A program made the position numbers and the translations under genes. Source: Felis catus (lineage: Eukaryota). From it: 64,000 nt of DNA. Below are positions 38,336 to 50,599 of the stretch, one piece after another. Below the pieces are notes generated by a model. It was not told the DNA's origin. It did not search any database and saw only the letters and a list, made by a program, of their open reading frames with translations. Position 1 is the first letter of the stretch; each line of letters starts with the position of its first letter. The stretch spans positions 137,642,001-137,706,000 of the forward strand of contig NC_058368.1 in NCBI RefSeq assembly GCF_018350175.1, given 5' to 3'.

Positions 38336-41300
38336 ACACCCTTCCATTAAGGTTCTATACCATTAAAGTTCTATAATAAAACATCACAGTTTCTTATGTG
38401 ACTGCATTATCACGCCTGCTATATGTTCATTAACTACATTGCACTCAAGCATGATAATTTTATATTGATTTAATTGTGCAAATTATACTCATGAAAAAAT
38501 GGTCTCTTTTTTAATAGTAGTCTCTATTAAAAAAGAGACCATTTGGAATACTCCTGTCTCCTTTGGAATACTATTACTTTTGTTGTATTTCTGTCCTTCT
38601 GTTGTATTTCTCCCCTTAATAATCAGCAAGGTGTTAATCTAGCCACTTTGGACAATTTCCCAAAGTCACTTAAACTGACTTATAAAAGATCACCCACAAT
38701 TCACTTTATCCCATGGCTCTTCTTTTCCATTACTAGAATCTGAGTGCATACTGAGCTACTCCCCAAAGGAATGGGTCAAGATCACAGGTTACCGAAAACA
38801 AACAACTCCAGCACAAACCAAAGGTTTTTATGTATGCGTAATAACTACACGTTTTATATCCATAGGTATTTTTAGAAAGATTGATAAAAAATCCTCTGAC
38901 ATACCCACATGGTGGTAGTCCGATTCAGGCTCAAAAAAAGCTTTTCAGCTTTTTCCATCAACACCATTCATATTTTAGAAGACGGACTTTGCAGGGGCCT
39001 CCCCAAAGAATTTCCTTAAATCTCTGCCAACCTGCAGGGAGAAGGAGTAGAGATATTACATAAATATCTGCATTGAGTTCTTGGATAGAGTTGCACAATG
39101 GCCATATATGGTGAAAGGTAGATTTTCCCTTGTGACTATATTGTTGGAATATGTTAAATGCATATGTCTCCATTTCTGCTCCCAAGAAGCTGGTGTACAG
39201 ATGTTTAGTATTGGGGTCGTAGAAATGCCGCGGTCTACAGTTTACATGATGTCTAATAGGTTTCTAGAATGTGCTTAAAAGGCAGTGTTCAGAATTAGGC
39301 CTCTAACCTTCTTTGACGTAATTGTCTTTCTTTGGAGTCACATCTTGAAGGAAAGGATGAAGATTTGGAAAGGGAATTAATTTTCTCAAAACCAGACTTA
39401 CTCTTTTCCTTCTGTACTTTATAGTAATCCTTTAAACTCAAAAAAACTTCAGCTAATTATGGATTTCTACCTGACTAATGTTGCCATTTGAGTGGCTACA
39501 TGTCACTCTTTCTGGTTTCTGACCCCCTGTCAGGCCAATTCTGCCTGATTTCACTCATGTGCTGCTGCTTTTTATAATCTGAACATTATTTCCACTCAAA
39601 TGTTTCCAGCTTTGCAAAAAACCTAGGAATCTGAAAGGCGGGGGGAAACCTCTCATAACCACTATTTGGATAATTATCACTTTCAGTTATTCTGATTTTT
39701 TTTTTTCTGCAAAACGGATACTATGAGAAGAACATTTGAAAAAAGTTAAAGGTTTTACTTTGAAAGCTAAATTTTCTAACTCACATTTTAAAAATAGAGC
39801 TTAGGCAGTCTCCCTGGTAATTAAAATATAATTTCCCCTCTATTTTCTATGCTCAATAAACTCAACTGTTACAATATATTTTGAAATGTACAACATGGAG
39901 TCTAGGGCATTAAACAAAAAAGTTAAAAGGCTTTGAGGGGATTTTTAAAGATCCAGTTTCCTAATAAGCAAAATGGACCCTGGAAAGATTTCATGGTGTT
40001 TAATATGTTTTTTCCCTATCTTCTAAATGCAATAATCTCTAACCACCACTTGATCATCAGAGATTTATATTCACTATAATTTATGTCAACTTATATCTGG
40101 GATTCTTTTTTTTTTTTCTACAACGTTTGGCAGCAAACTGCTGGTGGAAACTAGAATGTTTCACATTAGCAGCCCTCTTAAATTATTTCTATGAAATAAT
40201 TTACTGTGGATTACAAATTCTTATATGGCATTTAAAGTTAATGATTAGGCAGAGAGATATATCAAAAATATGATTAGTCACATATGTACCTGACTTGCAT
40301 GGTTTTAACTCTATGTGTGTTTTACAAGAATTGCTTTTCAAAAAGATATTTCTGGGCTTATGCATTTTTCCTATTAAAGCCAACGTATTTTTAAAGGAAA
40401 AGAGAAATAGACATACATGCTCCTATAAACTGTCTCCTCTAATTAAATGTCTATAAGATTATTTTCTATTTCTTGATGGCCATTTACAGCATAGGTATTG
40501 CTGCATGGTCTGAAACTTAAAAGAGCTCACAATGGTGAAAATCTCTTGCAGCATAACTTGAAGTCAAGATGTAAAAATCCTAAGAGAGTATGAGAGTTTT
40601 AATGAAAATTGTAATGTCTCTCTTTCACTGCCAGGAATCAGTAACGAAGTGATGTACCCCCAACAGAACAAGAAATGAAATGAAACCCAGGGCTCCTGAT
40701 ACAAAGCTCAGAATGAGCTCCTTCCTGACTCATTTTCATTTTCTCTACATAGTTAAGGCTTAAAGCTATTAGATATTTCTGTGCTTAATTTCACTTATCA
40801 CCCAGGGAAGTAAGACTTAGAAGGGTGGCCATGAAAGTTGGGTTAATAGAAAATAAAAAAATAATTAAAAAAAAAAGAAAGTTGGGTTAAAATTTTATTT
40901 GCATGGAAGCAGCTCCTCCCAGAACATCTCTTCTGTATCTCAGACAGATATTTCTTTTTCTCCTCCCTTCTTCTCTTTTCCTATTTCACAGTGATTTTCT
41001 TAACTCAACTATTTATGATTCATTTCATGAAAGGCTAGGTTTTCTCCGAGGGTACTATAATGTCTCAAAGTGGTTTTAGAGACTAGCAGTAACAAGAAAC
41101 TATTTTCTTTTGTGATGTAAAATAAAGTCATTGTTAATAGCCTACAACCTGCAATTAACTATTAAAAAAGGAATTTATGAGGGCTGGTTATTATCCTCCT
41201 GAAATAACGTTGTTACAAGTCTGCCCTTGTCAGTCATCTGCAGGAATCACGTGCTGGATCCCAAACAAAGGGAGGGTCTGGATCCACACAGAGGCTCGTG

Positions 41301-42154
41301 GCAAATTACCCAGTGACAGCCTGGCCTGATAGCCCCTTATGCCCTTTGTCACCTTTTCAAAGCAAGAGAATAATAGCCACATGTGTATTTTATCCTGATT
41401 GGACTAAAAGGCACCTGTTTGTGAAGCTGAGTTTGAATTGGGAATTAGAAAAATATTTGCATGGCTGGTAACAGCAAATTACGTGGGAGTGCCTTGGGGA
41501 CACTGGGGCAGTAGCAGGCAGGGCTTAGGAAAGACAACTGGAAGCATCCTGCACACATTGAAAACTGCGTGTCAACTCTTTTCCTTCTTTCTAACATTAA
41601 CATAAGTCCTAAGAAGAGCTTCCTCTTCCTCTCCTTGCGCTGTAAGCGCTTTCCTTTGCCGAAGCTGGGTCTCTCTGGCCAGCCCCTTGTGAGTCTTCTT
41701 TGGCATCAGCAAAGAAGAGAGGAAGAGAGAGCATCCCATCAAGCAGCTGAGCATGGCATGGGCGGGAGAGGGAGGAGGGGGCAAGGAGAAAGGCACAGGA
41801 TTATTCACCAGAGGCTGGATTAGTCTAAAGCTCAGCAACTGGAACAGGTCTGCTGATGTTGCAGAAGCACCAAAGGTAGAGGGTCTGCCCTGGAGGGAGA
41901 GCTACAGAGCATGAAGAATAATGAGATCGTGTGTGGCTGGGGAAGGATGGGAGATGGCCTAGGAGGTGGATGAGGAGAAGGAAGGGGGGGAGAAGGAGGA
42001 GGATTAAAGAGGAGGCAAAGGCCTGAGAATGGTTTGATTGGTTTCCAAGAGCCAAAGATATAAAATTCCAGGTTCTAAACCTTTAAAATATAAATCATCA
42101 TTCCCTGAAGAAAGTAATAGAATCTCACTGGTAAAGTAATGGCCTTCTTTACTT

Positions 42155-42185
<31 letters not shown>

Positions 42186-42192
42186 TTTTGCA

Positions 42193-42853
42193 GGGGGGAA
42201 TGCAAGCTGGTGCAGCCACTCTGGAAAGCAGTATGGAGGTTCCTCAAAACACTAAAAATAGAACTACCCTACGACCCAGCAATTGCACTACTAGGTATTT
42301 ATCCACGGGATATAGGTATGCTGTTTCGAAGGGACACATGCACCCCCATGTTTATAGCAGCACTAGCAAAAATAGTCTAAGTATGGAAAGAGTCCAAATG
42401 TCCATCGATGGATGCATGGATAAAGAAGAGGTGGTATATATATACCATGGAGTATTACTCAGCCATCAAAAAGAATGAAATCTTGGCATTTGCAACTACA
42501 TGGATGGAACTGGAGGGTATGATGCTAAGTGAAATTAGTCAGAGAGACAACAATCATATGACTTCACTCATATGAGGACGTTAAGAGACAAAACAGATGA
42601 ACATAAGGGAAGGAACACAAAAATAATTAAAAAAACAGGGAAGCGGACAAAACAGAAGAGACCCATAAATATGGAGAACAAACTGGGGGTTACGGGAGGG
42701 GTTGTGGGAGGGGAGATGGGCTAAATGGGTAAGGGGCATTAAGGAATCTACTCCTGAAACCATTGTTGCACTATATGCTAACTAATTTGGATGTAAATTT
42801 AAAAAAATAAAAAAATACAATTAAAAAATAATAAAATAAAATAAATAAATAAA
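42193..42853 (+). mobile_element. Feline L1 3' fragment (~660 bp), sister of 30382-31034
   Basis: Colinear with the 30.4-kb copy from gggaatgcaagctggtgcagcc to ggatgtaaatt, followed by an A-rich tail. Confidence 0.95.
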
Positions 42854-43707
42854 ACAATGGCAAATCTGATGTTAAAAAAAATTTTTTTTTTACACCGTGC
42901 CTGCACATGGGGGGGGGAAGAAAGCTCTCCAAGATTTGGGTGAATGTTGCTTAATATGAAATGCCAAAGCACAGAAGATTGGCTTTAAAATGAGAATAAA
43001 TGAGAATAAAAACACAAAACTAAGAACCATCACTTCTAAGACCTTCACTTAAATAAGCATAGTCTAACACGCTGTGATGTTCATTACTGATTTCAGAAAG
43101 TTATCAAAAGCATCTGTTCAGTATGTTTGGAAAGCCAACTTGCTTAGTTCTGTGAAACAATGTCTGAGTTAGCGTCTATGGAAAACAGAATAGCACACAC
43201 ACGATTTTAATCCCATTATTTTGAAAACTTGGTAAAGCTTTGGTGTCATCTGAAAAGGCTGATTTTCTTATTTTGTATACTTAGACAAACACTAATAATA
43301 ATTTTAGGAAAAAGTTATGTAGATTTAGAAAACTGAAAATCATAATCTAGAATTGAAATTGTCACTTAAGATAGAGCTCTGATTTGTAATTGCCTGAATA
43401 CAATTTGTCCTTCATAGGATCAAAACTCACCTCTAAAGGAAAATCTAAAATCCACTACAATAGTTACAAAAATTTGGAAATTAAAGACCCGCTAGAAATA
43501 AATATAACAAAACAATAAATGCCATCTGCCAAAGTATTGCTAATTTATATACTAGCAGCCTGTTTGACTTTATTATACAAAACTTCAGAGCAGCCACTAT
43601 CACGGATATTTATGGAATGATGGCCTGTGTAGTAGTCCCTGCCCGTCACTTAATCACCCAATAAATCCAAACCTGGAATATTTTCAGCAACATTCATCAA
43701 GGGTCGC

Positions 43708-43894
43708 TTTTTTTTTTTTAAGCTTATTTATTTTAAGAGAGAGAGGACAAACAGTAGAGAGACAGAATCCCAAGCAGGCCCCACACCACCAGAACAAGCC
43801 TGATGTGGGGCTCAAACTCACAAACTATGAGATCATGCCCTGAGTCAAGATCAAGAGTTGGTCGTTTAACCAGCTATGCCACCGAGGTGCCCCC
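43708..43894 (-). mobile_element. Can-SINE (older)
   Basis: TSD catcaa(g/a)ggtc(g/a)ctttt. Confidence 0.88.
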
Positions 43895-44890
43895 ATCAAA
43901 GGTCACTTTTAAGTGATGTAAACTATCAATGATAGCCTTTTAAAAGACTATCTACTTTCGTTCAAAATGTTGCTATAGAAAATCATCTCCCTTTGAAGTG
44001 CTATCTATTAATTACATCTGCAATCACGGTGTCAAAATAAAATGCAAAGAAGACCTATGAAAAGCCTTTCTTAGTTGAATGTAAAAGAGAAGCACAGAAG
44101 ATGATGTTCATTTTGTAACATGCTCTTATTCCGTGATTATCTATAAATAGCCAGAGCAAAAAGAGACTCAAATGAGTGGCCTTCTGGTCAAAAGATGGAA
44201 ACTGATATGTTTAGCCATTGAAAACTTAGGAGAACTTGTCACTGTACTGGGAAAATAAAATCCAGTAGAAAATAGGGTTTTCTAAAATGTTTTTCTAATT
44301 ATCACCTTGGTTCTCTGTGGTTCTGCAAATACAAATAAATAGAAAGCTAAGTTCATTTCTTCCCAACTCTCAGTTTAGCTACAAAACTCCTAAATGAAAA
44401 CACAATTCTTCTGGTGTTATAGAAGTCAGGAGTGGTGAAGAACAGAGGTTCAAGTATTCCAGGACAGGCTGTGGAGGGGTGCAGAGGCCTGTGGGAGCAA
44501 CCAGAGGGGTGCTGGCGAGCGCTCCTTTGTCTCAGACTGTCTACTCCCCACCGTGATCCACTGGCCACATTCTTTCCTATTTTGGAGAAGTGGAGCTGTT
44601 AATGTTGGTTCAATACCATAAGAAACACTGAACCTCCTATCAGCAGCATCACCATTGCTCCTTGTAACAAGAGAATGCTGAAATGAGCAGGTGTTGAATC
44701 CTAGAATGTTAGAGCTGGAAGGGACATTAAAGCAGTCTCTCTGGGTACAGTTTCTAACTATGTAGGGGCTAAATCAAGCATAGATTAACTCTTAACTCTC
44801 AATCCATAGTTGTTTAATAAGGAAAGATCACAAATTGGTGTAGCCAACGGATTATAGATTTTAACATATTTTGTAAGATTTATACCTAAA

Positions 44891-44981
44891 TCGGTTAAGT
44901 GTCTGACTCTTGATTTTGGCTCAGGTCATGATCTCAGGGTCGTGAGACCAAGCTCCACACTCAGGGAGGAGCCTGCTTAAG

Positions 44982-45033
<52 letters not shown>

Positions 45034-45110
45034 TCTCTCTGTCTCCCTTTGCCCTGTCCCAACCCCCACCACCAACTCTCTCTCTCTCTCAAAAAACAAA
45101 ACAAAAAAAG
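44891..45110 (+). mobile_element. 5'-truncated Can-SINE
   Basis: Starts at tcggttaagtgtctgactcttg; TSD gattta(t/c)acctaa. Confidence 0.9.
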
Positions 45111-45219
45111 GATTTACACCTAATTATTTCATGGTTTTCTATATCATAAATTAGAGTCCAGCTCCCTAGAATCCTAAATTAAATCTGGAGCACCTGTGTC
45201 CCATGTGAGTCACAGAGAC

Positions 45220-46090
45220 CAGTGTTGTCCAACAGAAACGCAACGTGAGCCACACGTGCCATTTAAAATTCTCTAGTAGCCACATTGTAAAAATTACAAA
45301 GGGAAATTAATTTTCATAATTGTGCATTGGTTATTTATTGCTGTGTAACAAATTACCCCCCAAACCTAGCTTGAAACAAACATTTATTATTTTACAGTTG
45401 CTCTGCATGAGTGGTTTAGCTGGAGAGTTCTGGCTCAGGGTTCCTCCTCAGTTTGTAGTCAGGCTATCAGCTGGGCTACATTGACTGGGGCAGGAGGGTC
45501 TGCTTCCAAGAAGTATCACTCACATGGCTGGTTGTTGGGTGATGTGCCTCACCTCTCCTCCACGTGACTTCTCATCCTCCAGGGACTCTTGTCTTCATTT
45601 GGCATCTTCTGCATGGGAGTCTCTTCTTTACTGGTGACTGTGCTCTGAGATAGAAGTAGAGAGGGCACAAGCTAACGTAGGGAGGAAGGAGCACCCAAGA
45701 TAAAAGCTGCATTTTGTAGATTTGTAACCTAATCCTGGAAGTTACATTCTATCACTCTTGCCGTTTTTTCTGTTAGAATTGGCCCATTAAGTCCAGCCTA
45801 CATTCTAGGGGAAGGAATTACACTTATGGGTTATTGGGGGTCATCTTAAAAGTAGCCTACCGCAAGTCTGTTTTAATTATCCCAATATATTGGGGTATTA
45901 TTTATGGTATTATTATATAATGAACATAAAAATTATTAATGAGATATCTTACATTCTTTTCTTCACACTAAGTCTTCAGGATCCAGTATGTATTTCATAC
46001 TTACAGTTCCAACCAATTGGTCTAGCCACATTCCAAACACCACTGGGCACATATGGCTAGTGGCTACTTTAGCACGGTACATCTCTAGAT
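45220..46090. mobile_element. MER33/MER3-like hAT element split by an MLT1 LTR (~45322-45864)
   Basis: cagtgttgtccaacagaa...tctagtagccacatt [tgtg...attgctgtgtaacaaattacccc...gcctaccgca] ...ctagccacattccaa...atatggctagtggctac. Confidence 0.75.
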
Positions 46091-47997
46091 GCTCTGCAGT
46101 CACCTAAAGACCCAAAGACCCTAACTTAGGGGATCTTCTTCATTTACAATGTAAGTGATTGATCAGATCTGTATCAAGTGATTACTGTGTTCCAGGCACG
46201 GTGCTAAATGTGGGGAACCCCAAATCAGTAAATTACCATGCCTGCCCTAAAGGAACTCAGCCAGACAAATAAGAAGTTAAATTCTAAATCTAGATCAACC
46301 ATTTTGGGCCTACCTCAGAGAGCTCTAACCTGTGATGGGTTCTAGAATGAAGCAGAACGCAGTCTCTCCACACTCCTTGGGAAGGTGGTGACCCAGAGTC
46401 TTTTCAGACCAGCCAGAACCTCTGACAATGACCATAGACATCACTCACCCCCAGACCCAACCTGAGGCTATGTCTCCAGCTCTAAGCTGGAGCCCATATG
46501 TTGGCCTGAAACCTGATTTGCTTTGGATGTGGAGCAAATTAAATATTTGTTTAACTCAGTACATTGTACTTTTCACTATTCTCCATAAGCAAGACCCATA
46601 GGGGAAGAGAGATATAGGGCGTACCGTAACCATTTCAGGCTTCTTGGGTGCTTGGGAGGGGCGTGCCATTGTTGCACCAAGTTTTATACATAAATGTGAC
46701 TCCGTTTACATAGAACGGAAGGTCTTTAATTATCTTACCGGCTATGAATGGATTTAGCAACAGGGAGCATTATTTTTAGTCTATTCTCTGCCCTAACTCT
46801 GATAATGTACATACGTATCTGACTTGAGTCTTTTCTCACACTTTGTGTCCTGAAGCATATTTGTGCTGCTTAAAGAATAACTCTGTGCAGCCAGGACCTA
46901 CCCGAGGAGTTTCCCATATCCCCAAAAGGCACTTACAGGCTATGTATTAATGGTGATATACCTGGCAATACAGTTAAAGAATTCTGGGTTTCATTCGGGA
47001 TGGGGGGGGGGGGCGGCGGGGAATGCAACATACTTTTCACTAGCAGTAGAGGAAAGCAGTTTTCTGAGTGGTTTTTCTACCAAAGTAAATAGTAGTCATG
47101 TATTTTCAAGTTAGAGGAAAATCCATGCCTATCTCAACAGGAAGAAATAAGTTTCATTCAGATGGTGTCTGGAAAAATGGTCTTGAATACCTTCTTTATT
47201 TCTTGTCTTCATAAAAATATTGTTTAGGGAAAAGAAAACCCCATAAAGACAATTTCAAGTCAAGGACCAGACATAAAACAACACACCTTTCTTACATGTA
47301 AATTCATTTCTGGGTTTCCATCATGTATCTATGCACTGTTTCATCAAAGTGATAGTAGCTGTATCTTTCAAAATAAAATACCTTTGTTCCACAGTGTGGA
47401 TACTATAAAACCCAAACCAAAACAAAACACCAACAACCTGATGACACATCTCGTTTCTGTGTCTAATGTCACGATTTTTGGTTGAACCGTCATAGTCTAA
47501 GGCCCAACCACTCAACCTGGAAAAACATTCATGGGGTCTGGAACATAGAAAAATCCCTAAAGCTGTTCAGCTGGAATTTTAAGGGTGAGATTACAGCTTC
47601 TGTTTTGTGTAAATCTGTCCAGATTTAGCATTTTACAGTATCAGGTACTACTCTAAGAGCCAAGAATGACTCTGCCTAAAGGCCCCTGCACAAAGAGAGA
47701 CCTCCATGCCCCAAAGTCAGGTCACATTAGAGAAAGAAGTGAATTGTAAACACTCCATTGTAAATACAATTTACACACGTCATTTTTTTTTTTTTTTTAC
47801 AGGTAGAGTAGATTCATTCTAAAAGCACACTTTGCTCCTGTTTTAGAGGTTCTAAATTAAAGAAAATAGCATTTTAATGGGCCTTTGGGAAGGCCAGCAT
47901 GCTCAAACAGGCCATATATGATGGGATCTATGACTATTTTCGCTGAGTTTTAGAATGCAAACTTAAGTCCACAGTATACACTCCAGCAAATATATGT

Positions 47998-48048
47998 TAT
48001 CTATATCTATATCTATATCTGTATCTGTATCTATACCTATATATCTAT
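47998..48048. repeat. (TATATC/TGTATC)n simple repeat
   Basis: tatctatatctatatctatatctgtatctgtatctatacctatatatct. Confidence 0.85.
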
Positions 48049-48354
48049 CTGTTCACAGACTGATACAGCCCGCAAGCACATAATGTGTATATGGACAGTG
48101 ACAAAAATATCTCGATTTTTTTTTTCAATTACAGCTTTTGTTGTGATTTATTCTAACATATTCCACAAAATAAACGTTTCATTGATAGTGCAGGCAGTGT
48201 GAAGTCTGGGGGGTGTACAGCCCCCTCTTTGGAGAAAGAGGGAGACTCCTTTAGCCTTTTCCACCCGAATTTTGATTTGCTTCTTAAAAGTGGAAGCTGA
48301 GTCCATCAGCTAAACAGCCAAGCTTGAGATCTGGTTTAAACCGGGAACTCACTC

Positions 48355-49405
48355 CATTTGGCCGGCGTAGGCGGCTGCCAGCAAAGTCCCTGGGCTGCCT
48401 GTTCCCTAGAGCGTTTGCGTGCCCTGTTTACCCGGCCTGGTTCGGCGCGGGGTGGGGGGTGGGGGGGGGCTTCCCGTCCGGGGAAAGATCTTGTTTACTA
48501 CCCTCTCTCCCAACCCCCAGGCTAACCGTGCGGCGCGAATCCGGAGAAGCGCGCCCTCGGCGGGGGCCCTGAGTCCGCAGCGCCCGGCGCCTCCCCAGCG
48601 GGAGGCGGGAGCAGGCCCCGGCTCGAGGGCTGGGCTGTAAGTGCGATCTTGACATTGCGCCCTTGTTGCCAAGACTCGTGGGGCACAAGAGCAACTGCAG
48701 CGGGTCCCGACCCGCGCCGGGAGACTGGGACTGCGGGGCGCGGCCTGCCGCGCAGTCCTCACAGCCCTCCGGGCCCTGGTCCGAGCAGCGCTCCCGGGCC
48801 GCGGGGCGAGAAGCGGGGGGGAGCCGGTCGAAGCCCCTGGCTCCGGGTTGGAGGCGCTTACGCCCGGGTCTCGCCACCTAGACCTTCGAGGAAATCTTCC
48901 TAAAAACAAAGTCCTAAACTCCAGGATATTCGTGATGACGCGGAGTGTCGTCCCTGCCCAAGGGGCGCGTCCACGCGGACCCCGCGCCTCGTAGAGCTAG
49001 CTGGCTTCCACGCAGGCCGGAGCGGTTTGGTGGCCGCCCTAGCAGGGACCTGTGCAGCAAAACAGACAACGCCGAACACCGCAAAGTGAATTTATCGTAA
49101 AACTCACGAAGGTTAAGCTCCGGGGTCCTTCACGGCCCGACCCTCCTAAAGCCCAGAGAGGGGCGCTAGCAATTCCGGATTCCGAACTGTGCCGGTTAAA
49201 GTTCCCTTCCCCCGCCTTCCAAGCCCAGGCCGCACTCCCTGCGCGGCCCACCCGCCTCGCCGCCGCCCGCGGGGCCGGAACCGCCCTCCCCGGGCACCGC
49301 GCTCGCGGGTTACAGGGGAGCGCCGTGAAGGCGTAGCCAAGGAGTAACTCCGAAACGCCAAGCTGACTCACGCGGGGCAGAAATTCAGACTTATGACGTC
49401 ATTTT
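48355..49405. promoter_or_regulatory. CpG island 2 (no coding gene attached)
   Basis: Dense CpG/GC unique sequence; AP-1/ARE gctgactcac (49362-49371) and palindromic CRE atgacgtcat (49393-49402) at its right edge. Confidence 0.88.
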
Positions 49406-50599
49406 CACACCTCCTTTCTCGGATTGTCTCGCGTCTGTTGAGCCCACCTAGGGAACAGGCCCACACAGCAGCTTAAGCCAAAGTGTTACGATTCCGAGGG
49501 ATGTGTAGATTCGATGGAACTTCTCATTCTCCTAAGCATCGTTTTTATTTTCTTCGTATAATAATCTCATCTTTAGGTCAAGGGAATGGATTTGATTATT
49601 GAGTATCATATCTTTTATATGTTATTGAAACCAGTGTGGTGAGATGAAATCTAGGCAGTGTTAAATCTCAGAAACAAAACAGTACCCCAAACCAAAGCCT
49701 CCTCTTTAGGGCTGCCTCACTCAATAAGCAGCTGGAGAGAGAAGAGGGAGGATTTCGGGATCACCAGAAGGGAGCAGGAAGGTCTCCCGTGCTTGTCATC
49801 AGAATATTATACACACCCACTTCTAGAATAAATAAATAAAGCATTGATTGCCTCTAAACCTGAGGCCCAGCCTGAACAAAAAAATGTCGCAGCAGTCTGC
49901 AAATTCAGACGGCTTTGCCCATTTCTATGCAAGGAAAACAGCTCGGTACTTTGAAATCTAGGCTTTTAAATTTCCTGACTCACTGAGAGGGGAGGTGGGA
50001 TAGGTTGTTCTTATACGGCAAAGAAACACAAATCATTCCCGGTTAGAATCTTCCCAACTATATTCTGGCCAAGGAAATTGTCAGAAGCCTACAATTACAA
50101 GAATTTTAAAAACTACCTACAATTATAAACTGCATTTTGTACTTAATCCTAAACAGGCTGAGGGTATTTTAATAAAAAATGATATCAAGCAAGTAGCATT
50201 CTTTCTTTATTTGTTGGCAATGTTGCTCTCATAGGATTTTTCCAAAACCATAGGGGTGGAAGGAAAGAGAAAAATGTGGGCAAGTGTGCGTTTTGCTTGG
50301 ATCTGAAACTTCCTGATCTTAAATCTTTGTCTCTATCACAATCATGTCTAGACTCAAAGCTGGCTGTGCTTGGCTTACTAACCTGGGTTTCTGCTGTATA
50401 AACTGAGAACCACAAGTGGGCTTAGCTGATCCCTGCTGGGCAGGTGCTATACCTAACGCCCCTGTGGAGGACCGCAGCCAGGGGAAAGCCTAGAGATCAC
50501 CCCAGCCACTTCCCCCAGTTCCAGGCCTAACCCGGAAAACATTTAACCTTGAGCTTTTTTTTTTTTTTTTTTTTTAAGCACACACTTTTCACAAGCCAG

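Noticed and set aside
16118..44150. Several perfect MEF2 motifs CTA(A/T)4TAG (16118, ~22109, 25228, 28925, 44141)
   Set aside because: Dispersed, and only slightly above the rough chance expectation of a few per 64 kb. No clustering to support function.
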